Shown: positions 48,661-58,166 of the stretch, one piece after another
How the letters are laid out: every line of letters begins with the position of its first letter
How positions within the stretch are numbered: position 1 is the stretch's first letter
Assembly: GCA_039589315.1 (NCBI GenBank)
Contig: JBDHHQ010000021.1
Span: 44,145-108,144 of the forward strand
Source of the DNA: Gemmatimonadota bacterium
GTDB lineage: Bacteria > Gemmatimonadota > Gemmatimonadetes > Longimicrobiales > Gaopeijiaceae
Direction: 5' to 3'
Length of the DNA stretch: 64,000 bases
Program-made: the position numbers and the translations under genes
The notes under the pieces: generated by a model
Database searches by the model: none
Told to the model about the DNA's origin: nothing
What the model saw: the letters and a program-made list of their open reading frames with translations, nothing else

Positions 48661-48966
48661 CCGCCGCCGCAGCGTACACGATGGCGGCGCGATACACCTT
48701 TCGACGCCGAAGCTCGGCGAGATAGCGGCGAACCGGAAGAGTCATCCCCGCTCCATGGAGGTCTGCGGACCAACCTTCACCCAATTGTTGGTCGGCGGCG
48801 GAGTCGGCAGCAAGGCTGGGGGCGCGGCCGGCTCCCCTTCCGGTCTCGAGCCGTGGAGAGAGGCGCCCTGGCAGGAGACCTCCGCGCTCACCCGAGTGGA
48901 CGCAGCCCCAGCGGTCCTCTAGTCTTTCCGGGCTCGCCGCGCTCGACCCCGATCCGGAGCTCCTGA

Positions 48967-50787
48967 ATGGACCGCGCTCAGCGCCACCTCACCGCAATCG
49001 GCATCCTGCCCGTCGTGTTCGCCTCCGTCCTCGCCTCGCCGGAGGAGCTGGACGGTCAAGCCCAGTCCCTGGCCGCGGCGGTGAAGGACGCCATCACATC
49101 GGAGCGGCTCGACGCCCACGCCTTCGAGATCACCCGCCACGTGCGCCCGTCGGGCAGCCCCGGCGAGAACGCCGCCATCGACTACATCGTGGGCCGACTT
49201 CGGGCGGAGGGGGTGCCGGTGCAGGTCCACGAGCTCATGGCGTACACCAGCAATCCGGTGTCCGCCCGTGTCGAGGTGATCGGTACGCGCTTCGCGCCCG
49301 ACGCCATCACCATGTCGTTCTCCGGCGCCACGGAGGGCGTCGAGGCGGTCGCCGTCGACCTGGGAGAGCTGCGCGACCTCCCGACCCTCGAACTCGGCAC
49401 CGGCGAGCGCCTGGTCGTCCGGGACACCCGCGGGTTCGACCATGTGCGGGGCAACGTCGCCGTGGTCACGGGCCAGCCCCGCAACATCCCCACGACGGTG
49501 CTCGAGCAGCTGGGCGCGGTGGCGGCGATCTACGTCAACCCCGAGGAGCGCCTCAACGAGCTCATCGTGACGTCGACCTGGGGAACGCCGTCCCTCCTGA
49601 GCACGCACCGGCTCAACGCCCTGCCCACGGCGCAGATCCGCCGGAGCGACGGCGATCGGCTCCGGGCCATGATGGCCGACGGCCAGGTCCGCGTGCGGGT
49701 CTCCACCGAGGTGGACACGGGGTGGAGGCCACTGCGGCTGGCTGTCGCACGCGTCATGCCGCCGGACGACGCAGAGGCTCCATACGTGCTGTTCGGCGGA
49801 CATATCGACGGATGGCACCACGGGGGGACCGACGAAGGCGCCTCGAACGCAGCCATGCTGGAGCTGGCGCTGGCGTTTCACCGGCATCGCTCGAGCCTGC
49901 GCCGGGGCCTGGTGGTCGCTTGGTGGCCGGGCCACAGCAACGCCCGGTACGGTGGCGCCACGTGGTTCGCGGACCGGTTCTTCGACGAGCTGCGCGCCCG
50001 GGGGCTCGCGTACGTCAACGTGGACGGCATCGGCCAGATGGAGGCCAAGCGCTTCGGAGCGTCGACGTCGCCGGCCCTACGGCAGTTGGCGGCCGAGGTG
50101 ATCCGGGCCGGGACCGGGCAGACAGTCACGCCATCACGCCCAGGGCGCAACTCCGATCAGGCCTTCAACGGCGTCGGGCTGCCGCTCCTACAGATCAGCC
50201 ATTCCCGGCTGGCCGAGGATGGTGGCTACTGGTGGTGGCACACGCCCGACGACACGTACGACAAGATCGACGCCGAGATCCTGGAGCTGGACGCCGAGCT
50301 ATATGCCGACGCGCTTGCCGTCATGCTGGCCGGTGGGCGCTACCCGGTGGATCTGGAGGCCGAGGCGAGCGCCCTCGTGGACGCGCTGGACATGCGGCAA
50401 GCCGAATCCGGTGACGCCCTGGACCTCTCGGAAGCCCGGGCCCGGGCCGAGGCTCTGGCGGAGACATTCGCCGCCGCGAAACGAGCCCTCGAGGACGCGC
50501 CGCCGTCGGTCGAGTTGGATCTGGCGGTGCTGCACGCGCTGCGGCCCGTTCACCGGGTCATGTTCGCCCCGGGTAGCGCGCACCATCCGGATCCTGGGAT
50601 CTACAGCGATCCGCTCCCTGGCCTGGAGCCCGCCGCGATACTCTCGGAGGCTCGGCCGGACGGGGACCGGTACCGCTTCGCCCACGCGCAGCTCGTCCGG
50701 GAGACCAACCGGATTCTCGAGGCCCTGGCCGAGGCCCAGCACCGAGCCGCCACTCTCGTAACCGAAGCCAGGAGGCCGGGGGCATGA
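48967..50787 (+). CDS. Secreted PA-domain M28-like peptidase
   Basis: RPSGSPGE, GHIDGW..GGTD, YVNVDG, WWWHTPDDT. Confidence 0.8.
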   Translation: MDRAQRHLTAIGILPVVFASVLASPEELDGQAQSLAAAVKDAITSERLDAHAFEITRHVRPSGSPGENAAIDYIVGRLRAEGVPVQVHELMAYTSNPVSARVEVIGTRFAPDAITMSFSGATEGVEAVAVDLGELRDLPTLELGTGERLVVRDTRGFDHVRGNVAVVTGQPRNIPTTVLEQLGAVAAIYVNPEERLNELIVTSTWGTPSLLSTHRLNALPTAQIRRSDGDRLRAMMADGQVRVRVSTEVDTGWRPLRLAVARVMPPDDAEAPYVLFGGHIDGWHHGGTDEGASNAAMLELALAFHRHRSSLRRGLVVAWWPGHSNARYGGATWFADRFFDELRARGLAYVNVDGIGQMEAKRFGASTSPALRQLAAEVIRAGTGQTVTPSRPGRNSDQAFNGVGLPLLQISHSRLAEDGGYWWWHTPDDTYDKIDAEILELDAELYADALAVMLAGGRYPVDLEAEASALVDALDMRQAESGDALDLSEARARAEALAETFAAAKRALEDAPPSVELDLAVLHALRPVHRVMFAPGSAHHPDPGIYSDPLPGLEPAAILSEARPDGDRYRFAHAQLVRETNRILEALAEAQHRAATLVTEARRPGA

Positions 50788-52769
50788 CCACGCGCGGAGG
50801 AATACCAACGGCCGCCTACGGCGGAGCCCCGACAAGTGGGATAGCGAGGGGGCTGGCGGCCATCGCAGTCGCCGTCGGCGTCGCGTGCGCACCGGGGGAC
50901 GACCCGGGTCCGGGGTGGATTCCGTCGGAGCGGGAGTGGCCCACATACGGTGGGGTCGCCGACGGCACGAAATACACCCCGCTGGACGTGATCGATCGGA
51001 GCAACGTGGACGCGCTCCAAATGGCGTGGACGTGGGAGACCGGCGAGAAGCCGATCACGGGGCCGTACCGACCGGTCCGGGGACAGGACGTCCGACCCGG
51101 CAACTTCGAGGTCACGCCACTGGTGATCGGCGACACCATGGTCCTGTCGACGCCCTACAACCGGGTCGTGGCGTTGGAGGCCGGTACCGGGCGCGAGATC
51201 TGGACGTACGACCCGCGCACGGTTGAGTGGGGACAGCCGCCGAACGGCACCGGCTTCGTGCACAGGGGCGTGGCGGTCTGGACGGGTCCGGGCGAGCGCC
51301 GGGTCTTCCTGAACTCCCGGTGGCGCCTGATCGCGCTGGATTTCGCCAGCGGCCAGCCCATCGCGTCGTTCGGCCACGAGGGCGAGATCGACCTGACCGA
51401 AGACCTGCTGTGGCCGACGAACCGGCTCCACTACACCCAGACGTCACCGCCCCTGGTGCTGGGAGACGTGGTCATTCTCGGCAACGGCGTCTGGGACGGG
51501 TTCGTGTACCCGAACGATCCACCCGGCAACCTCCAGGCCTTCGACGTGCGGACGGGCGAGAAGGTCTGGAACGTGAACCTGATCCCTCAGCAGGGGGAGC
51601 CGGGGAACGAGACCTGGGAGGACGAGTCGTGGAAGGTGATCGGGCACACCAACGCCTGGGCGCCCATGGTCGCCGACGAGGAGCGGGGATTGGTCTACCT
51701 CGGGGTCGGGACGCCCAGCAACGACTACTACGGTGGGCACCGCAAGGGCGACAACCTCTACGCCGAGTCCCTGCTCTGCGTGGACGGCCGCACCGGAGCG
51801 ATCGTCTGGCACTACCAGACGGTACGCCACGGCCTCTGGGACTACGACCTGCCGGCCCCGCCGGTGCTGTTCACGGTGGACACGGGAGGCGGTCCGGTGG
51901 ACGCCGTGGCCATTGTCGGGAAGACGGGCTTCGTGTACGCCTTCGACCGGGTCACCGGCGAGCCTCTCTGGCCCATCGAAGAGCGGGTCGTGCCTCCGAG
52001 CGACGTGCCGGGTGAGGTCGCAGCCGCAACGCAGCCGATTCCCACCCGACCGGAGCCGTTCGCCCGGCAGCGCTTCACGCCCGACGATCTCATCAGCTTG
52101 ACACCGCAGCTGCGCCGACGAGCCGAGGAGCTGACCCGCCCGTACCGCTTCGGTGGCCTCTTCACGCCGCCGTCCATGGAGGGGACCATCGCGATGCCGG
52201 GGATCATCGGTGGCGGCAACTGGGGTGGGGCCGCAGTCACGCCCGCCGGCATGCTCTACGTGAAGTCCACCGAGGAGCCGAGCCTGCTGACCATCGCCGC
52301 GGCGGACCCCGAAGCGGTCGTGGCCGACTTCGCCATCGACCGGAGCGCCCCGCGCACCCTCAGGGTCGACGGGCTGCCCATCTCTGATCCACCCTACGGC
52401 ACGCTCACCGCCATCGACATGACCACGGGGTCCATCGTCTGGCAGGAGCCCGTCGGCGACCGGCCCGAAATGCGCGAGCACCCGGCGCTGGCGGGCGTGG
52501 ATCTGCCCGAGCGGCTGGGCGTGGCGGGGGCACCCGGACCGGTGGCCACGGCGAGCGGGCTGGTGTTCCTGACCGGCGGGGGCGACGTGCTGTACGCCTT
52601 CGACGCCGAGACGGGGGATGTCCTCTGGGAGACCCGCCTCCCGTCGAGGGGCTACGCCAATCCCATGAGCTACGGAACGGCAGACGGCCGGCAATTCGTG
52701 GTCATCGCCACGGGGGGGCGGCAGGATGCGGCCACCCTCGTGGCCTTCGCGCTTCCGGAGGGATCATGA
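50784..52769 (+). CDS. PQQ-dependent dehydrogenase (glucose/quinate family), probable lipoprotein
   Basis: EWPTYGG, FEVTPL, WHYQTVRHGLWDYD, GGGNWGG, PPYGTLTAID, ANPMSY. Confidence 0.88.
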   Translation: MTTRGGIPTAAYGGAPTSGIARGLAAIAVAVGVACAPGDDPGPGWIPSEREWPTYGGVADGTKYTPLDVIDRSNVDALQMAWTWETGEKPITGPYRPVRGQDVRPGNFEVTPLVIGDTMVLSTPYNRVVALEAGTGREIWTYDPRTVEWGQPPNGTGFVHRGVAVWTGPGERRVFLNSRWRLIALDFASGQPIASFGHEGEIDLTEDLLWPTNRLHYTQTSPPLVLGDVVILGNGVWDGFVYPNDPPGNLQAFDVRTGEKVWNVNLIPQQGEPGNETWEDESWKVIGHTNAWAPMVADEERGLVYLGVGTPSNDYYGGHRKGDNLYAESLLCVDGRTGAIVWHYQTVRHGLWDYDLPAPPVLFTVDTGGGPVDAVAIVGKTGFVYAFDRVTGEPLWPIEERVVPPSDVPGEVAAATQPIPTRPEPFARQRFTPDDLISLTPQLRRRAEELTRPYRFGGLFTPPSMEGTIAMPGIIGGGNWGGAAVTPAGMLYVKSTEEPSLLTIAAADPEAVVADFAIDRSAPRTLRVDGLPISDPPYGTLTAIDMTTGSIVWQEPVGDRPEMREHPALAGVDLPERLGVAGAPGPVATASGLVFLTGGGDVLYAFDAETGDVLWETRLPSRGYANPMSYGTADGRQFVVIATGGRQDAATLVAFALPEGS

Positions 52770-53401
52770 CGGATCTGGATCGAGACCAGCTGGAGAGCGG
52801 CAAGCCCGCGGGCGGTCAGGACCGCCGCACCTTCCTGAAGCGCTCATCGGTGGCCGTCTCGGCGGCGGCCCTCGCGGGGTGCGTTCCCGAGGTGGGCACG
52901 GGCGGCGCCGAGGCAACGACGAGCGAGCGCCTGGACGAGGCACTCCTGCAGGCCGTGGGCGAGGTGGTCCTGCCGGGCGAGCTCGGCGCGGAGGGGCGTC
53001 AGCGCGCGGTGCGCGCTTTCCAGGCGTGGGCCGACGCGTATGAGCCCGTGGCCGAGCTCAATCACGGCTACGGCACGGCCGAGCTGCGGTACGGCCCGCC
53101 CGATCCGGTGCCTGGGTGGGCGGCACAGCTCGAGGCGCTGGACCTGGAGGCCCGAGCGCGCCGAGGGACGGGCTTCGCCGACATGGGGCCCGAGGGCCGG
53201 ACGGAGCTCGTCCAGCGCCGATTGGCCGACCAGGGTGGCACGCTGCCCGACCCGCTCCAGGCCCGGCACGTAACGGTCGCCCTCTTGGCCCACTGGTGCG
53301 CCTCTGCAGAGGCGGTGGACCGTTGCTACGGCCGCCTCGTGTCGCCTCGGACATGCAGGGGGATCGGCGAGACCAGTGCGCTTCCGGGAGTCATCTCGTG
53401 A
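52766..53401 (+). CDS. TAT-exported small subunit of flavoprotein dehydrogenase (gluconate-2-DH subunit 3-like)
   Basis: DRRTFLK twin-arginine signal; coupled to the GMC gene. Confidence 0.65.
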   Translation: MTDLDRDQLESGKPAGGQDRRTFLKRSSVAVSAAALAGCVPEVGTGGAEATTSERLDEALLQAVGEVVLPGELGAEGRQRAVRAFQAWADAYEPVAELNHGYGTAELRYGPPDPVPGWAAQLEALDLEARARRGTGFADMGPEGRTELVQRRLADQGGTLPDPLQARHVTVALLAHWCASAEAVDRCYGRLVSPRTCRGIGETSALPGVIS

Positions 53402-55017
53402 GCGCCCAGATCGTGGAGAGCGATGTCCTGATCATCGGCGGGGGCATCACCGCCGCAATGGTCGCCGAAAAGCTGACCGAGGAGCACGACGCGGACGTGC
53501 TGGTCGTGGAAGCCGGGGGGCACTCGGCGGCCCTGGAAGATCGTTACGACCGGCGCCAGCGCTACATGGACTACGGTGAGAACCCCTGGACCGACGACCA
53601 TATCCAGGACCAGTCCGCCGAGGGGATCATGTCCCGCTCCATGGTCGTCGGGGGGCAGGCGCTCCATTGGGGCGGCACCGTGCCACGGTATTCTCCCGAG
53701 GACTTCCGCCTCCGCAGCCTGTTTGGCGTCTACACCGATTGGCCCGTGGACTACGAGACGCTGGACGCCTACTACCAGGAGGCGGAGGAGCGGATGGGCG
53801 TCGCCGGAGAGCCGGGCCCACCCGCCCTCGACCCCCGGGGGGCACCGTATCCCATGCCCGCCATGCCCCTGTCGTGGACGCTGGAGCGCCTACGCGAGTG
53901 GGTGGAGGGTGCGGGCATCCCGGTCTGGACCAATCCGGTGGCGAAGAACACCCGGCCCTGGCGGGGTCGAAACGTCTGTCAGAGGTGCGACACCTGCAAC
54001 ATCTGCCCGACGGGCGCGAAGTACACGCCCGACTTCGCGCTCCAGCAGCTGGTCTCGGCCGGTCGGATCAGGCTGGATACCAGGACTCTCGTGCGGCGTC
54101 TGGAGCTCGAGGACGGCACCGACCGGATCCATGCGGCGGTGGCACGCAGCTATGACGATCCCGACGCGGACGTCGTCTACCGGGCCAGCTCTTTCGTCCT
54201 GGCGGGCGGCTACACGTGGAGTCCCCACCTGCTGCTCCTGTCGGCGAACAGCCGCCACCCCGAGGGCCTCGCCAACTCGTCGGGCCTGGTGGGCCGCTAT
54301 ATGACCGGGCACCGGAACGTCAGCGCGTTCGCCGAGCTGCCGATGCGCCTTCTGCCGGGGATGTTCTTCAGTCACAGCCTGCTGTCCAAGTACTTCCAGC
54401 GGCCCCAGCTGCCCGACGGGCCCGGGCTGTCCGACGGACGGTACGTCCGGCACGACTTCCGGGTGTGGGAGTCCACGGTGGCCCGCAGTCCCCGTCTGCG
54501 GGACGACGACGGCCGTCTGCTTCTGGGCGACGATCTGCTGGTAGACTGGCGCGCCCGCACTGCCACCGGGACCGTGCGTCTCCGGTCCTACTACGACGTG
54601 ATCCCGGACCGCGACAGCCGGCTGGTGCTGGACACGTCTCGGACGAACCGGTTCGGCGATCCCCTGCCGCGGTTGGCGTTCCGGGACGCGCCCGCCTCCC
54701 GGGAGCTGCGGGCCCACACCGAAGACCGGATCCGGCGGGTCTTCGACGAGGTGGTGAGAGCGGGAGGTGGGCGGATTCTGCGCACCGGCGTCGACGACAC
54801 GCAGGACCACCCCGGCGGCGGTTGCCGCATGGGCGACGACGCCGGCGACAGCGTGGTGGACCCGTGGGGGCGGAGCCACGACCACGAAAACCTCTTCGTC
54901 GTCGGCGCGCCGACGCTGGTCTCGGGGGGCTGCAACAACGGAACGCTGACGTTCTCCGCCCTGTCACTTCGGGCGGCCGAGGAAATCGGGCGGGCCTTCC
55001 CGGCGGCGGAGACGTAG
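53398..55017 (+). CDS. GMC family FAD oxidoreductase (large subunit)
   Basis: IIGGGITA, GGQALHW, CQRCDTCNICPTGAK, LANSSGLVGRY, HPGGGCRMG. Confidence 0.9.
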   Translation: MSAQIVESDVLIIGGGITAAMVAEKLTEEHDADVLVVEAGGHSAALEDRYDRRQRYMDYGENPWTDDHIQDQSAEGIMSRSMVVGGQALHWGGTVPRYSPEDFRLRSLFGVYTDWPVDYETLDAYYQEAEERMGVAGEPGPPALDPRGAPYPMPAMPLSWTLERLREWVEGAGIPVWTNPVAKNTRPWRGRNVCQRCDTCNICPTGAKYTPDFALQQLVSAGRIRLDTRTLVRRLELEDGTDRIHAAVARSYDDPDADVVYRASSFVLAGGYTWSPHLLLLSANSRHPEGLANSSGLVGRYMTGHRNVSAFAELPMRLLPGMFFSHSLLSKYFQRPQLPDGPGLSDGRYVRHDFRVWESTVARSPRLRDDDGRLLLGDDLLVDWRARTATGTVRLRSYYDVIPDRDSRLVLDTSRTNRFGDPLPRLAFRDAPASRELRAHTEDRIRRVFDEVVRAGGGRILRTGVDDTQDHPGGGCRMGDDAGDSVVDPWGRSHDHENLFVVGAPTLVSGGCNNGTLTFSALSLRAAEEIGRAFPAAET

Positions 55018-55145
55018 CCCGGCCGTCGCGGCGTCCGCGCTCGATTCGGGTACCTCTTTCCTCTCCCTCCTCCTTGAACGATGTTCCGAGTACGCCGGCC
55101 CTCCAACTGCGTTCTTCGTTCCACGGTTCGACAAGGAGGTGAACG

Positions 55146-55469
55146 ATGGCACTTGGAATCATGCGCTGGAACCTGCCGAGCACGGGAGGATCCGATGCGT
55201 ACATGAAGCAGGCCAAGGAACAATGGGTTCCCACGGTCCTCCGCCAAGCCGGCGTAACCGAGTTCCGGGCCTACCGCCAGCCCGAGGAGGACCAGATCCA
55301 CGTCATGGTCGAGACGGAGTTCGACTCCTTCGAGCACCTGCAGGCGTGGATGGACTCCGCTGACTACGACCGCCTGAAGTCGGAGCTGGCCCAATTCGGC
55401 GCCACGGGGATCACGGACCAGGCTTGGGACGCCTCTCCCGTCATCCCCGATCCGATTCGTCCGAGCTAG
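55146..55469 (+). CDS. Small dimeric alpha/beta-barrel-like hypothetical protein
   Basis: AGGAGG RBS; EFDSFEHLQAWMDSADY. Confidence 0.7.
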   Translation: MALGIMRWNLPSTGGSDAYMKQAKEQWVPTVLRQAGVTEFRAYRQPEEDQIHVMVETEFDSFEHLQAWMDSADYDRLKSELAQFGATGITDQAWDASPVIPDPIRPS

Positions 55470-55594
55470 TCCTCGGCAACGATCAGAGGGCCGACGCGGG
55501 AGCCGAGTCTCCCGGGATCCTGGATTCCCGGGGGGCTCGCATCGGTCGGCGCCTCTCCCCGACCACATGACCCTTGCGGGACCGCCCCTCCTTG

Positions 55595-55606
55595 AAACAT
55601 ATGTTT
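55595..55606. promoter_or_regulatory. Perfect 12-bp palindrome, possible repressor site
   Basis: AAACATATGTTT, an AT-rich island about 105 bp upstream of the DnaB-like gene. Confidence 0.5.
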
Positions 55607-55710
55607 AGGCCGGCCGATCCGCCTCAGGGAGGGATCGTAAGCCTTACGGGTCGAAGGACGGCAGCCCGGCTACGGCGCCACTTCGGCGGGACTCGAGGCA
55701 AGGGTGATAC

Positions 55711-57213
55711 ATGAGTCTGGAGGAGCGACGCCGCTCCGGCTTCGGGCCGGCGGCACGACTGCCAGCCGAGATTCAGGATCTCCTGGGGATAAGGTTCTTC
55801 TACGACCTGCCGGAAGGCCCCATCCGGGACTCGGTGGAGGGATACCTGGCCATGCCGGAGTCCAAGCGGGGGCCGAACTCCATCGCCCGGCGCATCGTTG
55901 CCGAGGCCGTCGGTAGGGAGCGCGAACGGGCGCGGCGGCAGCGGTCCTCGTTCGGCGCGGTACGGGGGACCGCGGTCCAGGCAGCCGCCGAAGAGGGGGC
56001 GACCATCCAACTTCCGCCGGACGCGCTTCTGCCCAACGACAGCCGTGATCATGCGGAAAGCCGGGGTCCAAGCGGGACCCTTGACCTCCCTGCGCGCGCG
56101 GTGCCCCAGGGCACCGAGGGACCGCCCCCGACCCCCGCGGATGGGACGGTCACCATCCCCGTGCACAACCCGACGGAGGGAGAGCGGCCCCCCACCTGGT
56201 TCGAGTTCGCGGACGCGGGTGTCCCGGCGGAGGGTTCCCTGGACCTTCCGCTCCCGGAGGATTCGGGTCCCGGTCACGCGTTCGGCGCCTACCGGCTGCA
56301 CCACGCCCGCCGCGACCTCCAGTCCGTCTCGACCGGATGGACCACGGGCTTCCCCGAGCTTGACCGAAGCGGGATGCGCTTCGTGCCCGGCAACCTCTAC
56401 ATGGTGGAGGGCCCCATCTCAGCCGGGAAGACGTCATTCCTGCTGGAGATCCTCCGCAGGCACGCGATCGTGGCGGGGCACGGTCGGGAGAGCTCGGCGC
56501 CGGCCGTCTTCCTGCCCGGAAGCGAGCATCCCGCCGAGGTGTACGCCCGTCTCCTGCACCACGAAGCCACCACGCTCGCAGCCGGAGGGGACCGGCCGCC
56601 GGAGCTGCCGAGGCCGGCCGTGCACCGCTGGTTGCGGGATGGAGAGGCGCTCTCGGACAGGGACGGAGTTCTGCTGGAGGCCGCGGCGAGGCGCCTGGAT
56701 CAGCTCATCGCGACGGGGCTGATCACGATCGCCAACCGGGACGACGCCGGGTCCTACGGGGGTGATCCGATCGCGTGGCTCGAGGCCGCGACGGCGGGGT
56801 CCGCCCACCCCCACTCGTTGATCGTCATCGACGATCTGCACAGGTGGATGGCGCCTCCGGGACCCCGCACGGGCTCTCGCAGGGAGCGCACGGTCGAGTT
56901 AATGTCTTCGCTCATGGGCATCGCCCAGGGGGGCCGGCGAGGTCGCGACTTCGCGGTCGCCATCGTGTTCTCCATCGCCACCGAGCTGAACGGCCATCCC
57001 GGCACCGTCAGCATGGTGGACCCGGGAATCTCTGCGGCCGAGGTGCGGGGGATCGTGCGGCTGGCGGGTCCAGGAGATGACGGGGCCTCCCGGGTCACGC
57101 TCGCGAAGAACGGCTCAGGGCCTCGCGGGGTCACGTTCCCCCTCGACCTCGCCCGTCCGGCGGCGGATCGGCACGGGCATTCCGCGCCCGGCTCGGAGCC
57201 ACCGGCGGGGTAG
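55711..57213 (+). CDS. DnaB/RecA-fold P-loop protein with unrecognised N-terminal region
   Basis: GWTTGFPELD, PGNLYMVEGPISAGKT (Walker A), LIVIDDL (Walker B), LAKNGSGP. Confidence 0.7.
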   Translation: MSLEERRRSGFGPAARLPAEIQDLLGIRFFYDLPEGPIRDSVEGYLAMPESKRGPNSIARRIVAEAVGRERERARRQRSSFGAVRGTAVQAAAEEGATIQLPPDALLPNDSRDHAESRGPSGTLDLPARAVPQGTEGPPPTPADGTVTIPVHNPTEGERPPTWFEFADAGVPAEGSLDLPLPEDSGPGHAFGAYRLHHARRDLQSVSTGWTTGFPELDRSGMRFVPGNLYMVEGPISAGKTSFLLEILRRHAIVAGHGRESSAPAVFLPGSEHPAEVYARLLHHEATTLAAGGDRPPELPRPAVHRWLRDGEALSDRDGVLLEAAARRLDQLIATGLITIANRDDAGSYGGDPIAWLEAATAGSAHPHSLIVIDDLHRWMAPPGPRTGSRRERTVELMSSLMGIAQGGRRGRDFAVAIVFSIATELNGHPGTVSMVDPGISAAEVRGIVRLAGPGDDGASRVTLAKNGSGPRGVTFPLDLARPAADRHGHSAPGSEPPAG

Positions 57214-57296
57214 GCCCCGCCTGCGGTTGGGCCTCACGAGATCCGATCACCGGCAGGAAAGGGTCCGCCTGATCCCGCCTCAGCGTGGCCACCCGA

Positions 57297-58142
57297 TCAG
57301 GCCAGGCCGAGCCGCCCCAACACCTCCGGAGGGGGGCCGTCCCAACTCGCCAGCGGCACGTTGCCCTGGAAGCCCAGGTCGGCCATGCCCTCTGCGGTGG
57401 TCCAGAATCCCGTGGCCGTGAGGTCTCGGAAGCGGTCGAAGAAGAGTGCGACGGCGCGGTCCTCGGGGGCCGCGTCGGGCACGTAGCGGACCTGGTCGCA
57501 GATCTCGCGCTGCTGCGCCGCGGTCAAGGCCGCGAACGGTTCGCCGAAGCGCTCACCGGCCTCCGTGTCCAGCCAGACCAGCCCTCCTCGGATCAGCACC
57601 TGCTCGCGTTCATGGGACGGGTACGGTGCGCTGATCCACTCGTCGATGAACTCGGGCACGCCCACGGTGCTGGCCGCCGGCGATCGCTCATCGGCAGGGA
57701 GGATGAGGTCGCACAGAGCTCGCACGGTCCGCATCTCGTCGTCGGTGAGGACGCCGTCCCACGGCACGGTGGGTGCGATGAGGTCGGGATCGGCGGGCGT
57801 CCCCCGGGCCCGGGGATTGGACGGAGCAGCCGCGTCTGACGCCGGCAGCGGTCCCTCCGGCTCGCACGCCTCCGCCGCCAAGACCGGAGCGGCGGTGGCC
57901 GCGGCCAGAAGCTTCAGCGCGGCACGCCTGCTGAGTGTTGACCCGGCTGTTCCGCTGTTCCCGGCTCCCCCGGACACCTGGTCGAGTCCATGCGGGGGGC
58001 CTCCGTCCCTAACCGCCTCCGGCTCGGCGCTCGAGCCGCGGTCGGGGCCCAGCTCCCTGTCCGCCCCCACCCCACGTTCGGGCCGTGGGCCCGACGGGGC
58101 GGGCGGGATCACCGGGAGCTTCCGCTCGCTCGTCTCACCCAT
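57297..58142 (-). CDS. Gluconate-2-DH subunit 3-like TAT protein
   Basis: LSRRAALK; LCDLILPAD..SPAAS.VGVPEFIDEW; FRDLTATGFWTT.EG. Confidence 0.85.
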   Translation of the reverse strand: MGETSERKLPVIPPAPSGPRPERGVGADRELGPDRGSSAEPEAVRDGGPPHGLDQVSGGAGNSGTAGSTLSRRAALKLLAAATAAPVLAAEACEPEGPLPASDAAAPSNPRARGTPADPDLIAPTVPWDGVLTDDEMRTVRALCDLILPADERSPAASTVGVPEFIDEWISAPYPSHEREQVLIRGGLVWLDTEAGERFGEPFAALTAAQQREICDQVRYVPDAAPEDRAVALFFDRFRDLTATGFWTTAEGMADLGFQGNVPLASWDGPPPEVLGRLGLA

Positions 58143-58166
58143 CGAACGGCTCCCGAGACTCGCCCA

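Noticed and set aside
55711..57213. Replicative helicase dnaB or prophage marker
   Set aside because: No DnaB N-terminal domain, key motifs altered, no phage context
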